From the IMG/VR virus record IMGVR_UViG_3300010222_000170, positions 1-43,181 of that record: a stretch of DNA of 43,181 bases, one strand, 5' to 3'. A model generated the notes under the pieces. That model saw only the letters and a list, made by a program, of their open reading frames with translations. It ran no database searches and had not been told where the DNA came from. Made by a program: the position numbers and the translations under genes. Of this stretch, positions 16,759 to 26,066 are shown piece by piece; within the stretch, counting starts at the first letter, position 1; every line of letters starts with the position of its first letter. The DNA is from a virus. Lineage: Duplodnaviria > Caudoviricetes.

Positions 16759-19700
16759 TAGGTCGAACTCCCGCTCTGTCGCGTCCGGCGGTCGTTGATC
16801 TCGTCGAGGATGGCGTCGGTCGTCGCGCCGCGATCGAAGACCGCATCGAGGATGATCTCCTGGTCGATGTCCATGTTATCGGCGATCGCCTCGCCGAGGG
16901 CCGCCTCGTCGATGTCCGCGGGGTCGGCCGTCGCGGGGGCGGTCGTGGTCGGCGATGCCGTGCGGTTGACCTGTTGCTCGTTGAGGACGTACTCACCCGA
17001 GTGCAACATTGCAAGGCCGTCGTCTTCGATGAACCCGCCCGTGGCGAGTTCGAGCGCGTCAAGCGACTGCCCGCCGATGGTCACCTCCGGGGCGTCGGGC
17101 AGCGGGTCGGGCGTGTTACCGCCGATCGTGATGGAGGGGATTTTGTCGGGCAGCGCGCTGTTGAACGCCGATTTCGCCGCGCCGGCCATCGAATCGAACG
17201 CCGTCGTGGCCGCGCTTTTCAGCGCGCCTTTCGCGCCGTTCTCGCCCGTCAGATACGACGTGATATTACCGATCATGGTTTTGATGATCCCCTCGCCGCC
17301 GATGATGTCCGTCGCGAACGAGGAGAATTCGTCGACGACATCGCTGAGCACGCCGGCCGCGTCTTCGGCGATATCCCAGTCGGTGAACGCCGAAGTCACG
17401 TCCGAGATCAGGGTGGGAATCTCGCCGCCCTCGCCAACGATGTCGGTTACGAGCGACGAGAATTCGTCGAAGACCGACGATAGGATACCCGTGACCGTCT
17501 CGACGATGGACCAGTCCGTGAACGCCGTTGTGATGTCGCTGATGAGAGTGGGGATTTCGCCCGCGTCGCCGATTACGTCGGTCGCGAGCGATACGAACGC
17601 GTCGAACACCGACGACAGAATGTCGGTGATCGTCCCGACGATATCCCAGTTCTCGAAGGCCGCCGTGATGTCCGAGATGAGATCTGGAATGAGCGAGCCG
17701 CCGATTAAGAAGTCATACAGCTTCTCGAACGGGGTTTTGATGGCCGCAATGAGGGTATCAATCGCGGTCGTGAGGATCGCCGCGCCGGTCGATTCCAACC
17801 ACGAGCCGATCTCGCCGAGCGTGCGTTCGACGAACCCCGCGATCGAGTCCCAAGCTCCCTCCCAGTCACCCGAGATAAGGTCAAGAACGACATTGATCGT
17901 CGTGAGAATCGCATCCATCCCGATCTCCAAGACAGAGGAGACGGTGTTGAGCGTCCCTCGGACGACGCCGAGGATTTCGTCACCCCACTTGTCCCACGCT
18001 GCTTGGATGGTGTCGAGCGTCGGCTTGATGATATTATCCCAAAGTGTGTTGAAGGCGTCCCGGGCGTTCGCCACGATGCCGTTGCTCCCCGAGAGGTGGG
18101 TGCGGAACGTCTCGGACATCTCGCTGACATAACGGTTCCACGCCTTCAGCACGACTGCCGTGACCCGCGAAACGACATCGCGGACAAGGCCGAGGCTCTG
18201 GCGGACTTCCGCGACGATCTCGCCGAAGACCCGATTCGTCTCCGTCCCGGCAGTCGTCAGAGGAGTGACGATCTGGGTCTTGACCGCCCCCATGAGCGTC
18301 GAGACGGTCGCCTTCGCTTCGCTCAGATACGTCCGAACTGTCGTTTTGATGAGGCCGAAGTTATCCTTGACCGCTTGGTACATCGAGCCGAGCCCCGGCG
18401 CGAGGACGGTCCCCAGAAGCGTCGCAAGCACGCTGTCCCAGTGTTGCTTCAGCCAGTCGATCGCTCCCCCAGCGACGCGCTTGATGTCCTCTTTGTGTTT
18501 GTCCCACTCGCCCTTCGCTCGCGAAAGTGCCGGCTGAACTACCGCCGAGTTTAGCGTTGACAGTGCGGAGGAGATTTTCGACCGTGCCGTCTGGTAGGCG
18601 GCGCTCGCCTGCTGCCGAACCCGTGGCGCGTGGGTGTTCCACGCCGCTTCAGCGCGCGAGAGTGCGCCGGAAACCGTCTCGCGGACCTTGCCGATGCTCG
18701 ATGAAACGGCGGATTTGGCCTTTGCGTAGGCCGTCCGCGCCTTCGTCTGGATCTGACGCTTGTGGGCGTCCCACCAAGCGAGTATCCCATCGAGTTTCGT
18801 CGAGACCGCCGTCGAAACCTTCGAGAGTGCCGACCGGATCGACTCCGGCAGTGTGATACCCAGCGACCGCGCCGCCGCAAGCATCTCTCCCAGAGCTTCC
18901 TTGAAGAAAAAGGTGAACGAGCCCTCACCCTCGCCTTCGCCTTGGACGGCCGTCGAAATGCCGGCCATCAACTGGATGAACGCCTCTTGGATGTGCGTTG
19001 AAAACTGGTTGACCGTCGATGTGACTGCCGCGCCGTGTTGTTCCCACCAACTCTGGATTTTCGTGAGCCACGACCGGGTGCGAGCCCCCATCCGCTCAAT
19101 CGCCCCCGTCAGGCGAGCGCCGATCGTTTCGGCGAGGCCGGAGGCGACCGACTCTACACGACCGTCCATCGACGCCCACGCCCCCGTGACATCAGAGAGG
19201 ATCGGTAATACGGTGGCGCGGAGAGTTTGGAGTGTCGAGAGGAACTGCTGCCGGAGGACTGAGACGGCACCTTGGACCGCCCCTCCAACTCCGTCGAACT
19301 CGCCGGACATCGCCGCCGCCGCAGTACTGGCCGCCGCCAGTCCGGCAACCACGCCGGCGATCGGACCACCGGCGAGCGTGCCGAGAGCGAGCGCCACCCC
19401 GCCGACGGTCGTGCCGACGAGTGACATCGCACCCACTAGCCCATCGGTACTTTCGTTCAGCTTATTAAAACGATCCATCGCCGAGTTCGTCATTTTGAGG
19501 AGTTTCGTCAATGCGGGCGCGAAGTAACCTCCAATAGCGATACCTGCATTCTGGAGTTTTGTAGTGAGTCTATCAAATTGTTTATTTAAGGTATCGAGTT
19601 GTTTCTCGGCGACGTCCTTCGTGATGCCGCCCATCTCCTTGATTTTCTCCGCCTCTTTGTCGATCGCCTTGCCGCCCTCCTCCAAGAGGACCTGCATCCC

Positions 19701-20549
19701 CGGCCCGGCGCGAGCGCCGAACAGCTCCATGATGTCGGCGGTGTCCGCACCTGCCGATTTCAGGTCGCCGAGAATCGCCGAGAAATCACGCATTTCACCC
19801 GACGAGTCTTTGACGTTCACCCCCAGCTCGGAGAGCTTATCCTGCATCTTCAAGGTGGGATTCGACAGCTTATTGAGCGCTTGTCGAAGTGTGGTCCCTG
19901 CTTTTGAGCCCTTAATCCCAGCGTCCCCGAGCATCCCGATCGCGGCGGAGGTCTCCTCGACCGACATCCCGAGTCCCTTCGCGACGGGCGCGACGTAGGA
20001 CATCGCCGTCCCCATGCCCTCCATCGTCTGGTTGTGACGGGTCACGGCCGCCGTCATGGAGTCCGTGACCCGCGTCATGTTCTCCGTCGGGATTTGAAAC
20101 GCCTTCATCACGTCAGTCGCGTAATCAGTCGCGTCGGCCATCTCCATCTGGCCCGCGGCGGCGAACTCCGCGACCTTCGGCATGGCCTCCATCGACTCGG
20201 TGGCGTCAAGGCCGGCGCTGGCGAGGAAGTAGTACGATTCGGCGGCCTTATCCGAGGACATACCCAGTTGGGCAGCTGTCTCGCGGGCAGTTTTGCCGAG
20301 CTTTTCTTTCATGGACTTCGAAACATCGTCCATGATCGCCGTCGACTCGGTGAGCTTCTTATCGAACGACGCGAACGAACTCACTGCCTTGCCGATCCCT
20401 GCCGCCCCAGCGGCAGCCCCAGCCGCGCCGACTCCGACGAGGGCGGTTTCGAGCCCCGAGAGCGAACTTTTCGCTTTGGAAACGCCGCTCTCCATCTGGT
20501 CCGCGTCTAAGGTGAGCTCGGCGCGCAACTCTTCGAAAGCTCCTGCCAT
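16758..20549 (-). CDS. Tail tape measure protein
   Basis: 1263 aa helical Ala-rich protein, TP901-like core (GIKGSKAGTTLR), periodic Trp, three 45-aa repeats near the C-terminus. Confidence 0.95.
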   Translation of the reverse strand: MAGAFEELRAELTLDADQMESGVSKAKSSLSGLETALVGVGAAGAAAGAAGIGKAVSSFASFDKKLTESTAIMDDVSKSMKEKLGKTARETAAQLGMSSDKAAESYYFLASAGLDATESMEAMPKVAEFAAAGQMEMADATDYATDVMKAFQIPTENMTRVTDSMTAAVTRHNQTMEGMGTAMSYVAPVAKGLGMSVEETSAAIGMLGDAGIKGSKAGTTLRQALNKLSNPTLKMQDKLSELGVNVKDSSGEMRDFSAILGDLKSAGADTADIMELFGARAGPGMQVLLEEGGKAIDKEAEKIKEMGGITKDVAEKQLDTLNKQFDRLTTKLQNAGIAIGGYFAPALTKLLKMTNSAMDRFNKLNESTDGLVGAMSLVGTTVGGVALALGTLAGGPIAGVVAGLAAASTAAAAMSGEFDGVGGAVQGAVSVLRQQFLSTLQTLRATVLPILSDVTGAWASMDGRVESVASGLAETIGARLTGAIERMGARTRSWLTKIQSWWEQHGAAVTSTVNQFSTHIQEAFIQLMAGISTAVQGEGEGEGSFTFFFKEALGEMLAAARSLGITLPESIRSALSKVSTAVSTKLDGILAWWDAHKRQIQTKARTAYAKAKSAVSSSIGKVRETVSGALSRAEAAWNTHAPRVRQQASAAYQTARSKISSALSTLNSAVVQPALSRAKGEWDKHKEDIKRVAGGAIDWLKQHWDSVLATLLGTVLAPGLGSMYQAVKDNFGLIKTTVRTYLSEAKATVSTLMGAVKTQIVTPLTTAGTETNRVFGEIVAEVRQSLGLVRDVVSRVTAVVLKAWNRYVSEMSETFRTHLSGSNGIVANARDAFNTLWDNIIKPTLDTIQAAWDKWGDEILGVVRGTLNTVSSVLEIGMDAILTTINVVLDLISGDWEGAWDSIAGFVERTLGEIGSWLESTGAAILTTAIDTLIAAIKTPFEKLYDFLIGGSLIPDLISDITAAFENWDIVGTITDILSSVFDAFVSLATDVIGDAGEIPTLISDITTAFTDWSIVETVTGILSSVFDEFSSLVTDIVGEGGEIPTLISDVTSAFTDWDIAEDAAGVLSDVVDEFSSFATDIIGGEGIIKTMIGNITSYLTGENGAKGALKSAATTAFDSMAGAAKSAFNSALPDKIPSITIGGNTPDPLPDAPEVTIGGQSLDALELATGGFIEDDGLAMLHSGEYVLNEQQVNRTASPTTTAPATADPADIDEAALGEAIADNMDIDQEIILDAVFDRGATTDAILDEINDRRTRQSGSST

Positions 20550-20597
20550 TGATATGTCTCTAAGGGTTTTATGTCGCTGTGGGTGCTATCGGCTGGT

Positions 20598-20834
20598 ATG
20601 AGCGAGTACGTGTGCTCAGAGTGCCGCGAGCCGATCAACGAAGGCGCTGATGTCTGTCCGAACTGCTCCTATTCACCCGGCAAAGACCACGCCAAGTGGG
20701 GAAAAATCGACGGGGTTCTCGGCGGGCTGCTCATCGCGAGTATTGTCGGCTCTCCCTTCGGGCTATACCTCGTGTGGCGAGCGCTGCGACACAACCGAGC
20801 CGCGAAGAAAACGTCGCCCGCGGTGCCGGCCTAG
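20598..20834 (+). CDS. Antisense moron: zinc ribbon plus transmembrane protein
   Basis: CSEC...CPNC then hydrophobic segment; own TTTATGTCG promoter 30 nt before ATG. Confidence 0.75.
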   Translation: MSEYVCSECREPINEGADVCPNCSYSPGKDHAKWGKIDGVLGGLLIASIVGSPFGLYLVWRALRHNRAAKKTSPAVPA

Positions 20835-21817
20835 TCGTCGCCGAACGTCGTGATTTCTGCCTGTTCCGCCGGTAGCGGTGGGTGGGGAAGGAACGTCATG
20901 AACTGAATCCATGACGGAACCGATTCTAGCGCTGGGCCGTTATGGGTGCAGCAAATTGATACGAGGTTGAACGGGTCGTTGCGGAGTTCGGGGGGCGCGT
21001 CTTGTGAATCGCGCGCCCTGACGATATGATGGACATTAAGTTTCATGCCGTGGTGCTCAAGATGCTCGGCTTGACTTTTTCCACAGATTCGGCATTCGTG
21101 GCCGTCCCGTTCGCGGACAAGTTCCTTTTTACTTTCCACCCATCCCCGACCATACCCAGCTAAGCCACCATCCCATAACGGATGATCTTCGCCGGAGAAG
21201 GCCTCCGACCGCCACGCTTGATCGCACGAATCCGAGCAGACATTGTGTTGATTAACCATTGATGGGTGGCGGGTAATGTCATCATGACACCAAACACACT
21301 CAACAGTGACCATTCCGCCTTGCCAGTTGTTTGTGAGTTCGCCAGTGACATTTTCAGAAACCCACAAGTCCTTGCAATCCTTTGAACAAAACCGGCTGCG
21401 TTCTTCTCGGGATGGGTGCTCTATGTACTCGTCACCGCACTGCTCACAAGTGAGCGTCACCTTATCTTTCAGTTTCTCGCCTTGGCACTTGTGACTACAG
21501 AACCGCTTGTCGTACTTTGAGGGGTAATACTCAAATTCCTCACCACATACCTCACAACCACGCGTTTCGGCGACCAGACTTTCATTATGAACTCGCGTGT
21601 GGTGGCACTTCAATCCTTGTGAGGTGGGGAACGAATCAGCACACGTGGGGCAGTCGTGCTCGGCGTCTTGGTGTCGGGTGTGCTCTTTCAGGCTTTCGTC
21701 GTGTTTGGCCGAATGATGCACCCCCAAGCCTGAACGCGTGTCAAACGACCTACTGCACGTCGGACACTCATGCTCCTCACCGTCACCGCTTTCACCGTTC
21801 GCGTCTTCCGTACTCAT
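20831..21817 (-). CDS. HNH endonuclease with C2H2 and CxxC...FCSxxC zinc-binding repeats
   Basis: VRERDGHECRICG...VHHI...NLVSIC; lower GC than flanks. Confidence 0.85.
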   Translation of the reverse strand: MSTEDANGESGDGEEHECPTCSRSFDTRSGLGVHHSAKHDESLKEHTRHQDAEHDCPTCADSFPTSQGLKCHHTRVHNESLVAETRGCEVCGEEFEYYPSKYDKRFCSHKCQGEKLKDKVTLTCEQCGDEYIEHPSREERSRFCSKDCKDLWVSENVTGELTNNWQGGMVTVECVWCHDDITRHPSMVNQHNVCSDSCDQAWRSEAFSGEDHPLWDGGLAGYGRGWVESKKELVRERDGHECRICGKSQAEHLEHHGMKLNVHHIVRARDSQDAPPELRNDPFNLVSICCTHNGPALESVPSWIQFMTFLPHPPLPAEQAEITTFGDD

Positions 21818-21880
21818 GCTTTGGTCCCGCCAAAGCACGGTCCCGCTCCATCGGGGCCGTTTCAGGCAATACCGTGCTTT
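21818..21880 (-). ncRNA. Structured 5' leader, copy 2
   Basis: AAAGCACGGT/ACCGTGCTTT encloses GCC-TGAAAC-GGC and CCCG-ATGGAG-CGGG; GCTTTGG-CGGGA-CCAAAGC ends at ATG 21817. Confidence 0.6.
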
Positions 21881-21919
21881 AGTTACCTCTCTCTACGGTT
21901 TTCGGCGTCTTAAAACCTC

Positions 21920-22090
21920 CTACTGTCCGTATTCGTCGTTTTTCTCTTTGAGGTCTTTCCACTCCAGCCACGCCATCGTTTCAAGCCACTGGCGCTGGAT
22001 CGGGTGCTGTGCTGCCCATTCATGAGGCAGACAGCGAAATTTATCGGATAAGAGCCAGTAAAGGAACTGCGCGTATTCGCTACCCAGGAA
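21920..22090 (-). CDS. Frameshift extension of tail assembly chaperone (gpGT-like)
   Basis: 56-codon frame FLGSEYAQFLYW...CLPHEW... entered by a +1 shift at TTT-C (22088-22091). Confidence 0.65.
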   Translation of the reverse strand, partial: FLGSEYAQFLYWLLSDKFRCLPHEWAAQHPIQRQWLETMAWLEWKDLKEKNDEYGQ

Positions 22091-22580
22091 ACCGTTCTAT
22101 TTCGTCCTCAGTCATGTCGGCCCGTTTGCTTTTCTCCCTCAGCCGTTGGGCGATCGTGCCCGCCGTCTGGCGGCCGTAGGCTTCGATCCAGAACTCGCGG
22201 TCGAGACTGTCGTCGGTCGCGTGCTTGACGAGGATCTCGACGAAGCGGTCGCGGTAGGCCTCGGCCTGTTCAAGCGCTTCGTCTTCGGTCATGCCGATCG
22301 CGGCTTCGAGCTCGGCGTCGTCCTCGGCGTCCTCGGCCTTACTGGCGAGATCGCGTACTTCCATCTCGATCTCCTCGATCTCGTCGCGAGTCTCGCCCAT
22401 GAGAATGGCAAACTCGACGTCGAGCCCTTCGAGTTCGAGCGTGACGGTCTTTCGTTGCCGTGCCTCCAAGATCTTATCAGCAGTGGAGCGTGCCTCCCGG
22501 TGCTCCTCGGAATCGCGACTATGCTTGTCCTTGAGCGCGTCCAACGATTCATTCGCGGCGTCGGGGTTTTTAACCGCCAT
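22080..22580 (-). CDS. Tail assembly chaperone (gpG-like)
   Basis: Acidic helical ORF between major tail gene and TMP. Confidence 0.75.
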   Translation of the reverse strand: MAVKNPDAANESLDALKDKHSRDSEEHREARSTADKILEARQRKTVTLELEGLDVEFAILMGETRDEIEEIEMEVRDLASKAEDAEDDAELEAAIGMTEDEALEQAEAYRDRFVEILVKHATDDSLDREFWIEAYGRQTAGTIAQRLREKSKRADMTEDEIERFPG

Positions 22581-22583
22581 GCG

Positions 22584-23102
22584 TTAGGCCTCAGAATAAT
22601 TCGGCCATACGCCCCCTTCGACCCACATGGTCAGCGAGACCATCGGCGGGGTCGCACTCGGGTCGAACTCGGGGTTGTGCACTTCGACATCACCGAGGCG
22701 ATGGGTTAGCTCGGCGTCGGCGGGCAGCGAGACCGTCGAGTAGTCCGGTTCGTCGTTGAAGTAATGCACTTCGATATATATGTCCGGACCGAGCGCGCGA
22801 TCGGACGTGTCGAAGGTCATCTTGCCGTTGCTATCCACGATGCCGAGGAGTTCAAGCGCCGACGCGTCCGTGGCGATCGCCGTCGAAGCCTCGAAGTCCA
22901 CGGTGTTGTTCGTGGCGAAGCGCTCCGTTCGCCGTTGTGCTGCCGGGTCGAAGTCCTCGGAACTCTCGTCAACGGGTAGTGAGAGGTCGTCTTTCGTTGC
23001 GTGAAAGAGGACTGTTCGAACGGGATCTGCACCACTGTCGTCGACGTGGACGACCGCGGCAACGGAGCCGTCCACCTTCGTCTGGGCGATGAGGTCAGCC
23101 AT
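22584..23102 (-). CDS. Major tail (tube) protein
   Basis: Position and beta-rich acidic sequence. Confidence 0.7.
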   Translation of the reverse strand: MADLIAQTKVDGSVAAVVHVDDSGADPVRTVLFHATKDDLSLPVDESSEDFDPAAQRRTERFATNNTVDFEASTAIATDASALELLGIVDSNGKMTFDTSDRALGPDIYIEVHYFNDEPDYSTVSLPADAELTHRLGDVEVHNPEFDPSATPPMVSLTMWVEGGVWPNYSEA

Positions 23103-23253
23103 TGTGATGTGTCTCTCTGTTGTTGTGTCGTCGTATCAGCAAGCCGCGCCGCGTCCGGATTCGCCGGATCGACTCACGCTGTACTACCGGCAGCCAGCAA
23201 CGCCGTCATTGCGCCCCGTGTTCGCACGCCCTCCGGAGGGGGTGGCCGCGATT

Positions 23254-23742
23254 TCAGTCGTGCCGCATGATGTCGAAGCGCTGTGCCGAACGGTACCGAT
23301 CGATCTCGTCCGACCACAACACGCCGACGGTCCCCCCGCCATCGCCGCGGGCGATCCACCTCTCCGCATGGGTCGTCAGAACTGCCGACACTTCGTCACG
23401 GATGTCATCGACCCACGGCAGGCCCTGCCACTTGAGGGGCTGTTCGCGGATTTGGACTTCGATCTGTACGACGAAGTTCTTGCGCTCGTGATGGTTCTCG
23501 CGCTGCGAGGAGTCCGTGACGATTCCGACAGCGAGCGCCACGTCCGGGGCGCTCTGGTTGTCCGCGCGGTGTTGGACATCCAAGCGGGGAGTCGGGACGA
23601 TTACCGACGCGGCATCGTCGTCGGCGACGCTTTCGGCGTCGGCGAGCAGGTCGGTGAGGGGGCTGTGCCCACGGAGCCGTCGGAGGACGGACCCCCGCAG
23701 GTCGCGGATTCGTCCGTCGGCGCGCTCGGATTGTGGTGGCAT
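23254..23742 (-). CDS. Tail terminator/completion protein
   Basis: Position before major tail gene; size and pattern. Confidence 0.6.
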   Translation of the reverse strand: MPPQSERADGRIRDLRGSVLRRLRGHSPLTDLLADAESVADDDAASVIVPTPRLDVQHRADNQSAPDVALAVGIVTDSSQRENHHERKNFVVQIEVQIREQPLKWQGLPWVDDIRDEVSAVLTTHAERWIARGDGGGTVGVLWSDEIDRYRSAQRFDIMRHD

Positions 23743-23776
23743 TGTGGTTTATGTCGGTAGGGCGCGTGGCTCAGGC

Positions 23777-24040
23777 ATGGACGCCGATCAATTAGCAGCT
23801 GCCCCTGAAGCGCTTGACCGTGCCACGAAAGAGAAGCATTTCATGGAGATTCGGACACTTCTCAACCCCAGCGAGCGGGAGATGGCGGTGCTCGTCAAAA
23901 CCGTCGAGCACATCGCCGACGAGTCGGATTTCTCCCCCGCCGAGGTCGCCGGATTGGCTCGCGGATTCGCGGTCAAGGGGTTTGACACCTCCGAGATTTG
24001 CGGGGCGTGTAGGGTCGCCACCCAATTCCACAGCGAGTGA
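23777..24040 (+). CDS. Antisense moron, hypothetical protein
   Basis: MDADQLAA..., TTTATGTCG promoter 29 nt before ATG. Confidence 0.6.
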   Translation: MDADQLAAAPEALDRATKEKHFMEIRTLLNPSEREMAVLVKTVEHIADESDFSPAEVAGLARGFAVKGFDTSEICGACRVATQFHSE

Positions 24041-24041
24041 G

Positions 24042-24431
24042 TCATGACGCGATACTCACGGCGTTCTCGAACGCTTCCTTGACGCGCTCTTTGATATAGT
24101 CGCGGTTCTGCTCAAATGCCGGGCGGAGATAGGGTTGTTCGACCTCTTGGATAATCGAGTACTCCACGTTCGTCCCGATGAGTGCCTTGACGGTGTGGGC
24201 CGCAACGCGCTCCACGTCCTGAGCGATCGACGCCCTGAGCGTGCCGGTATCGACGGGGGCGTTCTCCTTGGCGCTCGCCTCGATTTTCAGGCCGATCTCC
24301 TCTGCCGCCTTCGGCAGTTCGCGCTCGAAAAACGCCGCCTCGAACCCTTCGAGCTTCGCGATCATGGCCGCGGGCGACCGTCCCCGCTGCCAATCGATTG
24401 AGATGTCCTCGCTGTTGACTGTCGTCGCCAT
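24042..24431 (-). CDS. HK97 gp10-like tail component
   Basis: AKENAPVDTGTLRASI...GTNVEYS..QE...QPYLRPAF. Confidence 0.85.
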   Translation of the reverse strand: MATTVNSEDISIDWQRGRSPAAMIAKLEGFEAAFFERELPKAAEEIGLKIEASAKENAPVDTGTLRASIAQDVERVAAHTVKALIGTNVEYSIIQEVEQPYLRPAFEQNRDYIKERVKEAFENAVSIAS

Positions 24432-24436
24432 CGACG

Positions 24437-24574
24437 CTACACCTCGATGTCCGATTCCTCAACGAAGCGCTCTTTCGTGCGCTCCATCGCCGCTTTGAGT
24501 TCTTCGTTGAGAATTTCACGGAAGCGATCGGTGCCGGGCGTCCTCACCGCCGCGGTCAGCTCGGGATCGATCAC
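24437..24574 (-). CDS. Small hypothetical protein (45 aa, not in ORF track)
   Basis: MIDPELTAAVRTPGTDRFREILNEELKAAMERTKERFVEESDIEV; GTGA overlap. Confidence 0.5.
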   Translation of the reverse strand: MIDPELTAAVRTPGTDRFREILNEELKAAMERTKERFVEESDIEV

Positions 24575-24813
24575 GCTTCCACGTCCGAGTTGATGATCTC
24601 GTGTTGGTAGCATCGGTCACCTTCTTCGTCGACGACCCGCATGCATGGCCCGCCGTCGGAGGTCGTCCCCGCGCAGGTCGCCTGCGGTTCCATCCGATCG
24701 GGCCAGACACGTTTCTCGTGTGTCGTTGGGACAAACACGTCGCCGCGTTCGATACGGTCGCCGTTTGAACGGATGCGCGGCGTCTCGTGCGTCCATTCGT
24801 ATTCCCCGGTCAT
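24571..24813 (-). CDS. Small protein with CxGxTxxGxxC...CYQH zinc motif
   Basis: CAGTTSDGGPCMR...CYQH. Confidence 0.6.
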   Translation of the reverse strand: MTGEYEWTHETPRIRSNGDRIERGDVFVPTTHEKRVWPDRMEPQATCAGTTSDGGPCMRVVDEEGDRCYQHEIINSDVEA

Positions 24814-24814
24814 G

Positions 24815-25264
24815 TCATACGTCCTCCGTTTCGACGATCGTCTTTTGCGGGCGCGCTCGCTGCGGGCCGTAAATCTCGATCACCGCGTGCGCTTCAAGGC
24901 CGGCATAATCCTCGTGGTCGTCAACGATCGACGCGAGGGTGAGGGTGTCGCCCTCCTCGATGAGCGTGGCGAGCGTCCCCGGCGCTTCGATCATCGGCGA
25001 ACGCTGCACGTCCTCGCCGGACGCCTGCCGGACGAGATCGAGGTTGATCCGCGCGCCCTGTGGATGAAAGCGCACCGCCACGGGATCGCCCGCGGAACCA
25101 CCGATCGAGTCGGTCGGGCCGGTGATGGGGGTGTCGTAGGCGTCGACACACACTCCATCGGAGCCACAGGTCGTGGTGCCCGGACAGTCGCCGTCGCCCG
25201 AGCACGCCACCTCGCCGCTGGTTGTGGCACTCAGGTTGTGAGTGGGGCTAATGCTGGCCGGCAT
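24815..25264 (-). CDS. Putative head closure/head-tail joining protein
   Basis: Position; contains a Cys-rich insert. Confidence 0.5.
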   Translation of the reverse strand: MPASISPTHNLSATTSGEVACSGDGDCPGTTTCGSDGVCVDAYDTPITGPTDSIGGSAGDPVAVRFHPQGARINLDLVRQASGEDVQRSPMIEAPGTLATLIEEGDTLTLASIVDDHEDYAGLEAHAVIEIYGPQRARPQKTIVETEDV

Positions 25265-25267
25265 CGG

Positions 25268-25684
25268 TCAGACACCCCGCACGTCGGGGACGCTAATCGA
25301 CGCTTGCTGCTTGTTCGCGTTCACGAGCGTCCCCGAGTCGTCCTTCGCGATCGCCTTCTGACCGAGGCTCGTCGATCGATAGTCGGCGTGACCACGGTCG
25401 CCCGCGAAGCTCACTTTCGAGCCGTCGGAGTTCGTCTTCGTGTCGGCCTGCCGGAGGTCGTCCACGCCCGAGGCGAGGATATTGTGCCCCGCGAGATACC
25501 GCTCGATCAACGCGAGGCGCTCATCGCTCATGCCAGTGTCCGCGAGATCTTCGTCCACGGTGAGTGACGCCGGGTCAAGGCCGACGACTTCGATTTGAGC
25601 GGGCGTGATCGCTTCGATCTCGTAGCCGTCGGCCTCGATCTCCATACGGACCTTCTCAGTAGTGGTGCGATACTCGCTGGGCAT
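25268..25684 (-). CDS. Head-tail adaptor protein
   Basis: IERYLAGH...YRSTSLGQKA pattern; position after capsid genes. Confidence 0.65.
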   Translation of the reverse strand: MPSEYRTTTEKVRMEIEADGYEIEAITPAQIEVVGLDPASLTVDEDLADTGMSDERLALIERYLAGHNILASGVDDLRQADTKTNSDGSKVSFAGDRGHADYRSTSLGQKAIAKDDSGTLVNANKQQASISVPDVRGV

Positions 25685-25690
25685 GGTTGG

Positions 25691-26065
25691 TTAGTCCTCC
25701 GCGGCGGTCAGTTCGTCGAGCCTCTCGCCGAGTGCATCAGCCGCCCCGTCGCGGTTTTTCTGTTCGGCTTCGACGTTCCGCAGCGCCCGCACCGCTTCGG
25801 GGTCGTCGATATCGGCGGCACGTTCTTCGATCTCGGCGTTGGTGTGGTCCTCGGGGTTGAACGGAAGTGTGCCCGAGGGGCCGTCAGGGAGATCGCTGCC
25901 CCCAGCGGCGCCCTCGTCGGCTTCATCGTCAACCGGCTCAACGAGACGCGGGTTGTTCTCGACGAACTCGCTCTCGATCTCGAACGTTTCCTCGGCGCGG
26001 CGATAGGTGCCCGCACCAGCGTCGTAGAAGTCCGTTAGGACCTCCACCTCAATGGTGTCGGTCAT
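25691..26065 (-). CDS. Small acidic head-associated protein
   Basis: Directly after MCP; C-terminal helical E...KNRDGA motif. Confidence 0.55.
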   Translation of the reverse strand: MTDTIEVEVLTDFYDAGAGTYRRAEETFEIESEFVENNPRLVEPVDDEADEGAAGGSDLPDGPSGTLPFNPEDHTNAEIEERAADIDDPEAVRALRNVEAEQKNRDGAADALGERLDELTAAED

Positions 26066-26066
26066 G

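Noticed and set aside
17539-17545. Second CTGATGA hammerhead core
   Set aside because: Antisense within the TMP coding sequence, with no matching GAAA and stem arrangement found
17290-17695. Periodic repeats as a CRISPR array
   Set aside because: They are in-frame diverged protein repeats of the tape measure, with no repeat-spacer pattern and no cas genes
21818-21880. HNH-associated leaders as HEARO/omega guide RNAs of IscB-type systems
   Set aside because: The proteins show no RuvC motifs or PLMP start, the elements are only 65-80 nt, and one copy precedes a non-HNH gene
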